From a virus (taxonomy: Duplodnaviria > Caudoviricetes), in the IMG/VR virus record IMGVR_UViG_3300027798_000212, positions 1 to 24,739 of that record: DNA of 24,739 bases; one strand, given 5' to 3'. Position 1 is the stretch's first letter, and each line of letters begins with the position of its first letter. A program made the position numbers and the translations under genes. This document shows, in pieces, positions 8,974-17,289 of the stretch. The notes below the pieces were generated by a model. It saw nothing but the letters and a program-made list of their open reading frames with translations, did not search any database and was not told where the DNA came from.

Positions 8974-9882
8974 ATGGCAATTTCACGTGCACAACTAGTC
9001 AAAGAGTTGGAGCCCGGCCTGAACGCTCTGTTCGGCATGGAATACAAGGGTTACGAACAAGAACACGCTCAAATTTATGATATTGAGTCTTCTGATCGTG
9101 CTTTTGAAGAAGAAGTTATGCTGTCCGGCTTTGGTGAGGCTCCAACCAAAACTGAAGGCGCTGGCGTAGACTATGACACCGCTCAGGAAGTCTACACTGC
9201 TCGCTACACTCATGAGACGATTGCTTTGGCATTTTCTCTGACTGAAGAAGCAGTAGAAGATAACTTGTACGACCGTCTCTCCGCTCGTTACACACGTGCT
9301 TTGGCACGTTCGATGGCAACCACTAAGCAGATTAAAGCTGCAGGCGTACTGAATGGTGCCTTTACTACCTCTATTGGTGGTGACGGCGCTACTTTGTGCT
9401 CGACAGCCCATCCAATTATTGGTGGCCCTAACCAAGCAAACAAGCTGGCAACAGCAGCCGATCTTTCGGAAACCTCATTGGAACAAGCGTTGATTGACAT
9501 CGCTTCGTTCGTTGATGAGCGTAACTTGAAGATTGCTGTTCAAGGCTTGAAACTGGTTATCCCTAAAGAACTCCAATTTACGGCTGATCGTATTTTGAAA
9601 TCGACTCTGCGTGTTGGTACAGCAGATAACGATATCAACGCGATTCGTAACATGGGCATGGTTCCACAGGGTTACACAGTGAACCACTACTTGACCGATC
9701 CAGATGCATACTTCATTTTGACTGATGCACCTAACGGCATGAAGATGTTCCAGCGTGTAGGTATCAAGACCGCCTTTGAAGGTGATTTCGACACAGGTAA
9801 CGTGCGCTACAAAGCGCGTGAGCGTTATTCGTTCGGCTTCTCTGATTGGCGCGGTATCTTCGGTTCCGAAGGCGCAGCGTAA
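8974..9882 (+). CDS. Major capsid protein (HK97 fold, Mu gpT-like family)
   Basis: 302 aa: MAISRAQLVKELEPGLNALFG, SDRAFEEE, LTEEAVEDNLY, NHYLTDPDAYF, GDFDTGNVRYKARERYSFG..DWRGIFGS.GA. Codon usage suggests high expression, RBS AGGAG, followed by a strong terminator. Confidence 0.9.
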   Translation: MAISRAQLVKELEPGLNALFGMEYKGYEQEHAQIYDIESSDRAFEEEVMLSGFGEAPTKTEGAGVDYDTAQEVYTARYTHETIALAFSLTEEAVEDNLYDRLSARYTRALARSMATTKQIKAAGVLNGAFTTSIGGDGATLCSTAHPIIGGPNQANKLATAADLSETSLEQALIDIASFVDERNLKIAVQGLKLVIPKELQFTADRILKSTLRVGTADNDINAIRNMGMVPQGYTVNHYLTDPDAYFILTDAPNGMKMFQRVGIKTAFEGDFDTGNVRYKARERYSFGFSDWRGIFGSEGAA

Positions 9883-9884
9883 AC

Positions 9885-9914
9885 AAAAGGGGGCTTCGGC
9901 CCCCTTTTTCTTTT
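9885..9914 (+). terminator. Rho-independent terminator (potentially bidirectional)
   Basis: AAAAGGGGGC-TTCG-GCCCCCTTTT then TCTTTT. C(UUCG)G tetraloop, with A-tract before and T-tract after the GC stem. Confidence 0.92.
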
Positions 9915-9941
9915 ATAGTGGTTCGTGTATATTTGCACTAT
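9915..9941 (+). promoter_or_regulatory. Possible -10 box (TATATT 9928-9933) inside a 6-bp inverted repeat ATAGTG/CACTAT
   Basis: 5/6 match to TATAAT, placed to initiate near 9940 just before the structured RNA. No convincing -35. Confidence 0.3.
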
Positions 9942-10020
9942 TCCGGGGTCCCCGGTATATCTGACAGTCCCGGCTGACGACATGCAGACAGATATGCCCA
10001 GTTTCTCGCATGTGAGGAAA
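9941..10020 (+). ncRNA. Structured RNA element with two potential pseudoknots; candidate Mu-gpT-DE-like motif
   Basis: Stem GGTATATCTG(9954-63)/CAGATATGCC(9989-98). Inner CAG/CTG hairpin whose loop TCCCGG(9968-73) is complementary to CCGGGG(9943-48). ACATGC(9980-85) pairs with GCATGT(10008-13), adjacent to the SD. Location downstream of a gpT-like capsid gene fits my recollection of the Mu-gpT-DE motif; not verified by covariance search. Confidence 0.6.
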
Positions 10021-10025
10021 TTAAA

Positions 10026-10523
10026 ATGGCATCTACTACCTTTTCCGGCCCGGTCACGTCTACCAATGGCTTTATTGGCAACTTAACGGGCAACGTTACA
10101 GGCAACGTTACAGGCAACGTTACAGGCAACGTTACAGGCAATATTGCAGGCTCCGGTAGCATCACCCACGCTACAACGTCTGCAATCAACGCTACAGCGA
10201 CCGCTACTGCGGCCCAAGTAGCTACTGGTTACATCACTTCTACTTCTGCCGCAGCGACCGCAATTACTTTACCTACAGGAACCTTGTTGGGCGCAGCATT
10301 GGGTGCCGCAAAGGGAACTGTATTTGATCTGTATATTGATAACACATCAGGCGCAAGTACCGTAACCATTGCAGTAGCTACCAATGGCATTCTCTCTAGT
10401 GCTGCTGCGGATACTCCGGGCTCCTTTGGCGACTTAACCGTTGCTGCGGGTGTAACCGGCTTGGCGCGCTTCACGTTAATGTTCTCAAGTGCCACAGCAT
10501 ATGTGTTTACTCGTACCGCTTAA
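10026..10523 (+). CDS. Putative virion structural protein (head fibre/decoration) with GNVT repeats
   Basis: 165 aa, A/T/G-rich, starts MASTTFSGPV. RBS GAGGA 10014-18. Confidence 0.75.
   Translation: MASTTFSGPVTSTNGFIGNLTGNVTGNVTGNVTGNVTGNIAGSGSITHATTSAINATATATAAQVATGYITSTSAAATAITLPTGTLLGAALGAAKGTVFDLYIDNTSGASTVTIAVATNGILSSAAADTPGSFGDLTVAAGVTGLARFTLMFSSATAYVFTRTA
10077..10148 (+). repeat. 12-bp coding tandem repeat GGCAACGTTACA, 4 perfect copies (10089-10136) plus 2 degenerate flanking copies
   Basis: Read directly; encodes GNLT-(GNVT)4-GNIA. Confidence 0.95.
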
Positions 10524-10566
10524 TAAGCGCTTCTTATAAAAATCAGTATTTAAGTAGGAGGCGCGT

Positions 10567-10869
10567 ATGAGTGCCAGCAATATATCGGCGGTACATAAGA
10601 CAGCCACGGGACAGGCTATTAACGGTCGTACTCGCGTGGTAGGCATATATTTTACGCATGGAGTAGGTGGTCCCTCAACGGCTGAGTTTTTTGATGGGGA
10701 TGCAGATACCGATCCCTTATTGCTAAAAATATCGACTACCACGGTGGCCGATTCGCAGAACTTTGTAATCCCTGATCAGGGAATTCTGTTTAAAGATGGT
10801 GCCCACATTAAGCTTGGAGCAACCATTTTAAGCATTACTATCCTGTTTGAAGGTGGGGCAGCAGCGTAA
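10567..10869 (+). CDS. Small beta-rich putative structural protein (100 aa)
   Basis: RBS AGGAGG; motif IPDQGILFKDG; stop overlaps the next start (TAATG). Confidence 0.75.
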   Translation: MSASNISAVHKTATGQAINGRTRVVGIYFTHGVGGPSTAEFFDGDADTDPLLLKISTTTVADSQNFVIPDQGILFKDGAHIKLGATILSITILFEGGAAA

Positions 10870-11141
10870 TGGAAACGTCTACGATTGTTTTAATTGGGTG
10901 GAACACTTTAATTTCAGTAATTATGGGGTTAACCGCCATAGTTTATAAGCAGAATGCTGAAAAAGTACAACTGCAAGCGGCTGAAGTACAGCGCTTAGGT
11001 ATTCTCCTAAACAAGACAAGAGAAGAGGTAGCCCGTGATAACGTTACTCAAGCAGAAATTGACAAAATTTCGGATCACATTGATCAGCGCTTTAACAAGC
11101 TTGAAGAAAAAATTGACCGGCTCATCCAACAACGAGCCTAA
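10869..11141 (+). CDS. Small membrane protein: N-terminal TM helix plus coiled coil
   Basis: Hydrophobic IVLIGWNTLISVIMGLTAIVY followed by heptad-like RFNKLEEKIDRLIQ; translationally coupled. Confidence 0.75.
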   Translation: METSTIVLIGWNTLISVIMGLTAIVYKQNAEKVQLQAAEVQRLGILLNKTREEVARDNVTQAEIDKISDHIDQRFNKLEEKIDRLIQQRA

Positions 11142-11151
11142 ATAAGGAGAT

Positions 11152-11505
11152 ATGAGCATGGGATTTTTTGGTAAAAAATTTAAGAAAGTGGCTAAGGCAG
11201 CCACAGGGGCCATGGGCGATAAAAGTGGTTCTGTCGGTATGCTTGCCATGGCTAAAAAACCGGGCAAATTTAGCGGTGTAGCAGGAGCGCTTTCAAAAGC
11301 CATGGCAGAAAAAGCTCAACAGGGCGGGGAATCCATGCCTGCTCGTTCTAAAGGAATGGGTCCCATAGGAAAATTGATGCAGGCTAGAGCGACTAAAACG
11401 CCAATGTTTAAAAAAGGCGGCGCAGTGGCTAAAAAAACGGGTAAGGGCAAGGCAATGGGCGTTGCAACACGTGGCGGTGGCCGCGCACTAATGAAAGGGA
11501 AATAA
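11152..11505 (+). CDS. Very basic low-complexity K/G/M/A-rich protein with FKKGGAV motif
   Basis: RBS TAAGGAG; 117 aa with very few acidic residues. Confidence 0.75.
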   Translation: MSMGFFGKKFKKVAKAATGAMGDKSGSVGMLAMAKKPGKFSGVAGALSKAMAEKAQQGGESMPARSKGMGPIGKLMQARATKTPMFKKGGAVAKKTGKGKAMGVATRGGGRALMKGK

Positions 11506-11507
11506 TC

Positions 11508-11963
11508 ATGGCTGGCAGAGGAATGGGTGCGGCAACTAAGGGTGGCGGTGCTGTTTCATCAGGCCCCCGCAATAAAATGATTTCTACGCCAAACAGAAAA
11601 ACCAGCGGTCCTGTGTTCATGGCTGAAGGTGGAGAAGTCGAAGAAGAAGGCGTAATGGGAAAGATTAAAGGTGTCGGTAAAGGCCTGAAGGATGTTTACA
11701 TGGAAGGCGTAGACAAATTACGTGACGACTTTGAACGCATAACCGGCACGGAAAAAGGCAAGCAGCTGGACAAGGAATCGGAAAAACAAATGCGCAGAAG
11801 GCTCAGTAATCAGGCCATGAAAGCCACAATGCGAGACCTTAGAAAAGAAAGGATACTTGCTGAAGCAGGGCGCTACAAAGCAGGTGGCGAAGCTAAAAAA
11901 GGCGCTATCAATCAGCATAAGCGTATGGCTATGGGCAAGAAGATAACGGGTGGCGGTCGCTAA
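11508..11963 (+). CDS. Basic protein with two GG motifs (MAEGGEV, YKAGGEA) flanking a charged helical segment
   Basis: 151 aa, abuts both neighbouring genes. Confidence 0.75.
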   Translation: MAGRGMGAATKGGGAVSSGPRNKMISTPNRKTSGPVFMAEGGEVEEEGVMGKIKGVGKGLKDVYMEGVDKLRDDFERITGTEKGKQLDKESEKQMRRRLSNQAMKATMRDLRKERILAEAGRYKAGGEAKKGAINQHKRMAMGKKITGGGR

Positions 11964-12629
11964 ATGGCTACGTCGGGAACAACAGTTTTTAATTTAGAGA
12001 TTGACGAACTAGTTGAGGAAGCGTTTGAACGTTGTGGCATGCAAATGACCAACGGCAAACAACTCTCAACTGCTCGTCGTTCTTTAAATTTGATGTTCCT
12101 TGAATGGGCAAACCGTGGCTTAAATCTTTGGACTATTGAATTAGCTACGTACAGTTTAGTGCAAGGGGACACAGAAATCTCTTTGCCTACGAACACTGTA
12201 AATGTGTTGTCGGCAGTAATACGTTTAACTAATCAAACGCCAGCCACTGACATCATAATTGAGCGGATCGGTAGAGAACAGTACTTAGACATTCCGGATA
12301 AGACTACGCAGGCACAACCCGCGCAGTATTATGTGCAGAGAACAAATATACCAAAAGTATTTTTGTACCCTACGCCAAATCGTTCGTATCAATTGAGGTA
12401 TTACTACATTCGTCGAATTGAAGATGCAGGTGCTTACACGAATACGACGGATATTAATTTTAGATTCTTGCCTTGTATAGCAGCAGGACTTTCGTACTAC
12501 ATATCGTTGAAGTATGCGCCAGAGCGTACTCAGGGCCTCAAGGCAATTTACGAGGAAGAGTTTGCTAGGGCTGCGGCAGAGGATAGGGACATTGCAAGCA
12601 CCTATTTTGTGCCGGACCTAGGAGCGTGA
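11964..12629 (+). CDS. Putative head-tail adaptor / head completion protein
   Basis: 221 aa: ELVEEAFERCG, ARRSLNLMFLEWANRGLNLWT, P.QYYVQR, FLYPTP, YEEEFARA. Helix-beta-helix layout typical of podovirus adaptor proteins. Confidence 0.65.
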   Translation: MATSGTTVFNLEIDELVEEAFERCGMQMTNGKQLSTARRSLNLMFLEWANRGLNLWTIELATYSLVQGDTEISLPTNTVNVLSAVIRLTNQTPATDIIIERIGREQYLDIPDKTTQAQPAQYYVQRTNIPKVFLYPTPNRSYQLRYYYIRRIEDAGAYTNTTDINFRFLPCIAAGLSYYISLKYAPERTQGLKAIYEEEFARAAAEDRDIASTYFVPDLGA

Positions 12630-12630
12630 T

Positions 12631-12993
12631 GTGGGTGGATTTGCTAGTGGTAAGTACTCATACGGGTTGTGCGACTATTGCGGTCAGCGCTACCGATACA
12701 ACGTACTTAAAAAGAACTGGCGAGGGTTTAAAGTTTGTCCGGATGATTATGAGCCGAAAGAGCCGCAGTTAGACCCACTGCATTATCGTGGAGATTCAAT
12801 TGCCCTATTGCAGCCACGTCCTGACCGAATTGAGCCTGTAGTTGTTTTTGTTGGAGTGCCCGGAGATTCTGCGTTTCAGAGTATTGGAAGCGCCTCCTCA
12901 ACGGTAAATCTTACAAACATGAATGCCTTTCCAGAGCAAACGGCTGTACTTGGTATAGGGACAGTGGGTAAAACAACCATACTAATAACATGA
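12631..12993 (+). CDS. Conserved protein with CxxC...CxxD putative metal-binding knuckle
   Basis: GTG start after AGGAG; CDYCGQRY...KVCPDDYEPKEPQ...PRPDR. Confidence 0.7.
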   Translation: MGGFASGKYSYGLCDYCGQRYRYNVLKKNWRGFKVCPDDYEPKEPQLDPLHYRGDSIALLQPRPDRIEPVVVFVGVPGDSAFQSIGSASSTVNLTNMNAFPEQTAVLGIGTVGKTTILIT

Positions 12994-13649
12994 CATACGA
13001 CGAACTGGTCACTAATATTAGGAACTACACTGAGGTTGGAAGCAATGTCTTCACTGCCCCGGTAATAAACACGTTCATTACGATGGCCGAGAACCGTATT
13101 CTTCGCGACATTGATTTGGACGTGTTTAAGTTAGAGGTCACAGGTACGATGACTTCTAGCAATAGGTTTTTAACCACACCTAGCAATATTTTGACGCATC
13201 GTTATTTAATTCTGACAAGTGCAGCTAATGAGCAGTTGTTTTTAGATTTTCGTGATACGTCGTTTATGAAAGAGTTTTGGCCCAACGGTGCTACTACAGG
13301 AACGCCTAAGTACTATTCTGTTTGGGATCAGGACACGTTTTATGTAGCACCTACACCGAATGCAAATTTCTCAGTAGAGCTTGGATACATTTACCGACCA
13401 GCGCAGTTGTCGTCTACAAATACTACAACGTGGGTGAGTAATAATGCTCCTGAAGCGTTGCTTTATGCCTGTTTGATACAGGCGTATAGTTATACAAAAG
13501 GTCCTTTGGAAATGCTTCAGTACTTTGACAATTCGTACAAGCAATCTATACAAGGACTTGGAGTGGAGCAGCAAGGTCGTCGTCGTCGTGATGAATATCG
13601 TGATGGCATGCTTAGACAACGTCTTAAATCGGAGACACCGGGGCCATGA
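12990..13649 (+). CDS. Putative adaptor / tail tubular-like protein
   Basis: 219 aa: MTYDELVTNIRNYTE, FITMAENRI, GTPKYY, VAPTP, APEALLYACL, RRRRDEY. ATGA overlap with the upstream gene. Confidence 0.65.
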   Translation: MTYDELVTNIRNYTEVGSNVFTAPVINTFITMAENRILRDIDLDVFKLEVTGTMTSSNRFLTTPSNILTHRYLILTSAANEQLFLDFRDTSFMKEFWPNGATTGTPKYYSVWDQDTFYVAPTPNANFSVELGYIYRPAQLSSTNTTTWVSNNAPEALLYACLIQAYSYTKGPLEMLQYFDNSYKQSIQGLGVEQQGRRRRDEYRDGMLRQRLKSETPGP

Positions 13650-13933
13650 TGGGAAATTCTGGAGGAGCTTTACTAGGCGAAATCAAGGCCGTGATGGTAT
13701 CTGGAAGAGGGTTTACCCCAGAAGAAGTTGCCGAAATGGCGTTGGAAAAAATCGTATACATCGGAGAAAGTTCTCATCCAGCTATTCGTGATCAAGCGGA
13801 AGCGTTTAAGGACCATATTCGTGTGGTATTAGTGCGGTATATGAAACAAGCGGTTGCTTCTCATAACACCACACTGGCAAACAAGTTTCGCGATGCAGGG
13901 CATCCCGAGCTAATTAAACTTTTGGAGAATTAA
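13646..13933 (+). CDS. Hypothetical protein (95 aa)
   Basis: ATGA overlap; RGFTPEEVAE and HPAIRDQAEAFK motifs; fills the gap. Confidence 0.7.
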   Translation: MMGNSGGALLGEIKAVMVSGRGFTPEEVAEMALEKIVYIGESSHPAIRDQAEAFKDHIRVVLVRYMKQAVASHNTTLANKFRDAGHPELIKLLEN

Positions 13934-13934
13934 A

Positions 13935-14399
13935 ATGGCTATTAGCGTAACCACAGCAATGCCTACGTCCTTTAAGGTAGAAATCTTAAAGGCAGTACAC
14001 AATTTCACGGCTTCCACTGGCAATACGTTTAAGATTGCTTTGATGAAAGCAACCGCTGCTGGCTCAGGAACGTATGGTGCAGCAACTACTAGCTACCTCA
14101 ACTTGACCAGTAACTCGGACGAGGTTGCTAATGGTAGTGGTTACACCACTGGCGGCAATACACTTGTTTCAGTTACTCCTGTAGCGTCTAGCACCACAGC
14201 CGTATGTGACTTTGACAATACCACATGGTCTGCCGCTACGTTTACTAGTTGTGGCGCTATTATTTATAACGATTCAGCAACCGGTGATCCAGCCTGTGCT
14301 GTGTTGAGTTTTGGTGGTGATCAGCAGGTTAGTTCAGGAGACTTCCAGATTCAATTTCCTGCGCCTGTTGCGGCTACTGCAATTATCCGTATTGCTTAA
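13935..14399 (+). CDS. Putative tail/structural protein (154 aa)
   Basis: SFKVEILKAVHNF, FKIAL, GYTTGGNTL, GAIIYN, VLSFGGD, F.IQFP, AIIRIA; RBS GGAG. Confidence 0.7.
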   Translation: MAISVTTAMPTSFKVEILKAVHNFTASTGNTFKIALMKATAAGSGTYGAATTSYLNLTSNSDEVANGSGYTTGGNTLVSVTPVASSTTAVCDFDNTTWSAATFTSCGAIIYNDSATGDPACAVLSFGGDQQVSSGDFQIQFPAPVAATAIIRIA

Positions 14400-14411
14400 T
14401 AGGAAGAGAAT

Positions 14412-15170
14412 GTGCCGAACCTCGTTAAAGCGTGGGGTGAAGGAGCATGGAATGATGCTACGTGGGGTGGAATCCCTGCTACCAACACGGTTGGCTGGGG
14501 TTCAGGCACATGGGGACAAAACGCTTGGGGCGGTATTGTTGAAGCAGTCATCCCCACAGGTGTTGAAGGAACGGGAAGTGTAGGAGATGTTTCATTTGTT
14601 GTTTCGGCTAATCCGGTAGGGGTTGTAGGAACAGGATCAATTGGTACAGTAGTTATACCGCAGCAGGTGGTACTAACACCTGATGGTGTACAGGGAACCG
14701 GAGCAATTGGCACCCCTACGTTCTTCTTTGGCTTGGTATTTGTGCCAACTGGCGTTTCGGGCACGGGCGCGGTAGGCGATACAACAGTAGCTTTATCGCC
14801 CACGGTTACGGTTACTGGGGTACAGGGCACAGGTTCAATAGGAACTGTATTTGTACCGATTAACGCTGTTGGTGTACAGGGAACAGGCAGTGTTGGCGAT
14901 GTCATTCCAGTATTTGAGGAAATAGTTGTAGTAACGGGCGTAGAAGGTGTTTCTGCAGTTGGTGGAGTTGGAGTATCGGTTGGAGACTCAGTTCTTCCAG
15001 TGGGAATAGCCGCAATTGCCAGCATTGGCTCAATAGCGGTAAGTTATACTCACGTTGAAAATGCAGTTGGAGTCACAGGCACTGGGTCAGTAGGAGTAAT
15101 TCTTATTCGTGGGTGGTCTGTGGTCGATGATTACCAAGACCCTAATTGGGTCCAGATTAATGTGGCATAA
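14412..15170 (+). CDS. V/G/T-rich repetitive structural protein (fibre shaft-like) with N-terminal WG repeats
   Basis: GTG start; WGEGAWNDATWG/WGSGTWGQNAWG, then about 9 copies of GVxGTGx[IV]GxV. Confidence 0.75.
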   Translation: MPNLVKAWGEGAWNDATWGGIPATNTVGWGSGTWGQNAWGGIVEAVIPTGVEGTGSVGDVSFVVSANPVGVVGTGSIGTVVIPQQVVLTPDGVQGTGAIGTPTFFFGLVFVPTGVSGTGAVGDTTVALSPTVTVTGVQGTGSIGTVFVPINAVGVQGTGSVGDVIPVFEEIVVVTGVEGVSAVGGVGVSVGDSVLPVGIAAIASIGSIAVSYTHVENAVGVTGTGSVGVILIRGWSVVDDYQDPNWVQINVA

Positions 15171-15179
15171 GGAAAAACC

Positions 15180-16010
15180 ATGGCAAGTACATTCAGCCCT
15201 CTTAAAATTGAATTAATCACCACGGGTGAGCAGTCAGGCACGTGGGGTATTACTACCAATACCAATTTAGGCACAGCAATTGAAGAAGCGATTACAGGCA
15301 CTGCTGATGTTGCATTTTCTAGTGCTGATGTCACCCTAACGCTTACCGATACAAATGCCACTCAAACAGCGCGTAATTTGCGCTTAAATTTGACAGGTAC
15401 ATCGGGCGGCGCAAGAAATTTAATTGTTCCTGCCATTGAGAAACAATACATTGTAAATAATGGTCTGGCAGATGCGGTAACGGTTAAGAACGCATCAGGC
15501 ACAGGCGTAGCTGTTCCGGCTGGCAAAACAATGCTGGTGTTTAACAATGCGACAAACGTCGTTGATGTAACAACGTATTTATCTTCTTTGACGCTAGGTA
15601 CTGCATTGCCAGTAGCATCTGGCGGCAGTGGTGCAGCAACCTTGACGGGCGTTTTAAAAGGTAACGGCACATCAGCTTTTACTGCGGCTACCGCTGGTAC
15701 AGACTTTGTGGCTCCCGGCGGTGCATTAGGCACTCCAAGCTCAGGCACGTTGACTAATACTACTGGATTGCCTTTAACTACGGGTGTCACAGGTACATTG
15801 CCAATCGCTAATGGCGGCACAAACTCAACAACAACTCCAGTTGCTGGCGCTGTGCCTTACGGAACTGGCACTGCGTATGCGTTTACTGCCGCTGGTACTG
15901 CGGGTCAAGTGTTAACAAGTAATGGTGCTGGAGCGCCTACATGGTCTGCGGCATCGGGTGGTATTTCAACAGGTAAGGCCATTGCGATGGCGATGATTTT
16001 TGGATTCTAA
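15180..16010 (+). CDS. Tail fibre protein (proximal segment)
   Basis: N-terminal GEQSGTWG.TTNTN, fibre repeats LPVASGGSGA / LPIANGGTN / GTAGQVLTSNGAGAPTW, C-terminal GISTGKAIAMAMIFG. Confidence 0.75.
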   Translation: MASTFSPLKIELITTGEQSGTWGITTNTNLGTAIEEAITGTADVAFSSADVTLTLTDTNATQTARNLRLNLTGTSGGARNLIVPAIEKQYIVNNGLADAVTVKNASGTGVAVPAGKTMLVFNNATNVVDVTTYLSSLTLGTALPVASGGSGAATLTGVLKGNGTSAFTAATAGTDFVAPGGALGTPSSGTLTNTTGLPLTTGVTGTLPIANGGTNSTTTPVAGAVPYGTGTAYAFTAAGTAGQVLTSNGAGAPTWSAASGGISTGKAIAMAMIFGF

Positions 16011-16020
16011 GGAGCTTTAA

Positions 16021-16431
16021 ATGGCAAACCCTAATATTGTTAGCGTAGTAAGCATTTACGGAAACGTAGGCTACGTTATTCCTTCGGTGGCAGCTACTGC
16101 CACTACTTCGTGGACGTATGACGGCACGACTGCTCTTACTGGTTTAAAGCCAGCTACAGGTACAGTTAACCGTATTACGTCTATAACAGCGTCGAATACG
16201 ACATCTAGTGCTGTGACTGCAACGATTGCTATTGGCAACAATGGTACGTTCGGTTCAGCCACTGTAGTTACGTATCCTGCGTATCAGATTTCAGTGCCGC
16301 CAAACGCGACGCTAATTATCATTGACAAGACTAACTCGGTGTACGTCACTGAGAATCAGTCTGTTGCTGCTTATTCTGGTACTGCGAGTGCGCTGACATT
16401 CACAGCGACGTTTGAACAGATCACCTCGTAA
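16021..16431 (+). CDS. Putative fibre connector protein (136 aa, MANPNIV...)
   Basis: RBS AAGGAG; beta-rich, ISVPPNATLIIIDK...YVTENQSV; lies between fibre and adhesin genes. Confidence 0.65.
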   Translation: MANPNIVSVVSIYGNVGYVIPSVAATATTSWTYDGTTALTGLKPATGTVNRITSITASNTTSSAVTATIAIGNNGTFGSATVVTYPAYQISVPPNATLIIIDKTNSVYVTENQSVAAYSGTASALTFTATFEQITS

Positions 16432-16439
16432 GGTCTAAC

Positions 16440-17282
16440 ATGGGACTTCGTTATCCCGGTGGTTATGTCACGGCGACGTTTAATCCGCTTGCCTACACTA
16501 CGGCTGCGTCTAACCTGCTAGTTGTTGCTGGGGGCGGCGGGGGTGGCTATATAGGCGGCGGTGGCGGTGCGGGTGGAGCGCAGCTTGCTTCATTTGGTTA
16601 TGTAATAGGCACAACGTACAGCGTTACTATTGGTGCTGGTGGTGCGGGGGGAACTTCTGGAGCGAGGGGTACAACAGGCTCTAATTCAGTTTTTACTGGC
16701 GTTACTTCTACTGGCGGTGGTGGCGGCGGGACGAATACTGGCGATAACTCCATCGCAGCAGGTCTATCTGGGGGTTCGGGCGGGGGCGGTGCATCGGTAG
16801 GTGGTGGCACTCCAAGCGGAGCTTCTGGGACATCAGGTCAAGGAAATAGCGGCGGCTCAGGAAACATATCTAGCCCTTATCCTGCGGGTGGCGGCGGCGG
16901 AGCAGGTTCTGCTGGGGGTGTTGGATCAGGCAGTGTATCTGGCAACGGCGGCAACGGCATAGCTACTACAATTACTGGCGCTCAAACGTATTACGCAGGT
17001 GGTGGCGGTGGGGGTAGTCGTTCAAGTGGCACGACAACGGGCGGTATTGGCGGCGGGGGTAATGGTTCGCCAGACTCAACAACGGCTTCTGCTGGAACGG
17101 CTAACACAGGCGGTGGTGGCGGTGGGGGTGGCTTAACCGCAAACGGTGGTGCTGGCGGTTCAGGCGTAGCTATCGTTCGTAGCGGCAGAGCAGCAGCTTC
17201 TTTCACAGGTTCACCTACAATTACTAACGTCGGTAGTGACTTTGTATATACATTCACTGGTAACGGAACAATTACATTCTGA
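16440..17282 (+). CDS. Glycine-rich adhesin-like protein (polyglycine repeats)
   Basis: LLVVAGGGGGG, GGGGAGG, YSVTIGAGGAG, YYAGGGGG, ANTGGGGGG, GGSGVAIVR, VYTFTGNGTITF: a typical phage Gly-rich domain. Confidence 0.8.
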   Translation: MGLRYPGGYVTATFNPLAYTTAASNLLVVAGGGGGGYIGGGGGAGGAQLASFGYVIGTTYSVTIGAGGAGGTSGARGTTGSNSVFTGVTSTGGGGGGTNTGDNSIAAGLSGGSGGGGASVGGGTPSGASGTSGQGNSGGSGNISSPYPAGGGGGAGSAGGVGSGSVSGNGGNGIATTITGAQTYYAGGGGGGSRSSGTTTGGIGGGGNGSPDSTTASAGTANTGGGGGGGGLTANGGAGGSGVAIVRSGRAAASFTGSPTITNVGSDFVYTFTGNGTITF

Positions 17283-17289
17283 GGTTGAT

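Noticed and set aside
9974-10020. Hammerhead ribozyme (CUGACGA followed by stem CAUGC/GCAUG)
   Set aside because: The stem is followed by UGAG rather than an immediate GAAA, and no stem I/III with an NUH site could be built.
10089-10136. CRISPR array
   Set aside because: 12-bp head-to-tail repeats without spacers, in frame within a CDS.
10518-10540. Short inverted repeats after the 10523 stop as a terminator
   Set aside because: Only 4-5 bp AT-rich stems and no U-tract.
4836-14583. Alternative-frame + strand ORFs 4836..5264, 6235..6417, 9776..9964, 13525..13791, 14311..14583
   Set aside because: They overlap better-supported genes or cross the terminator, and lack an RBS or protein-like features.
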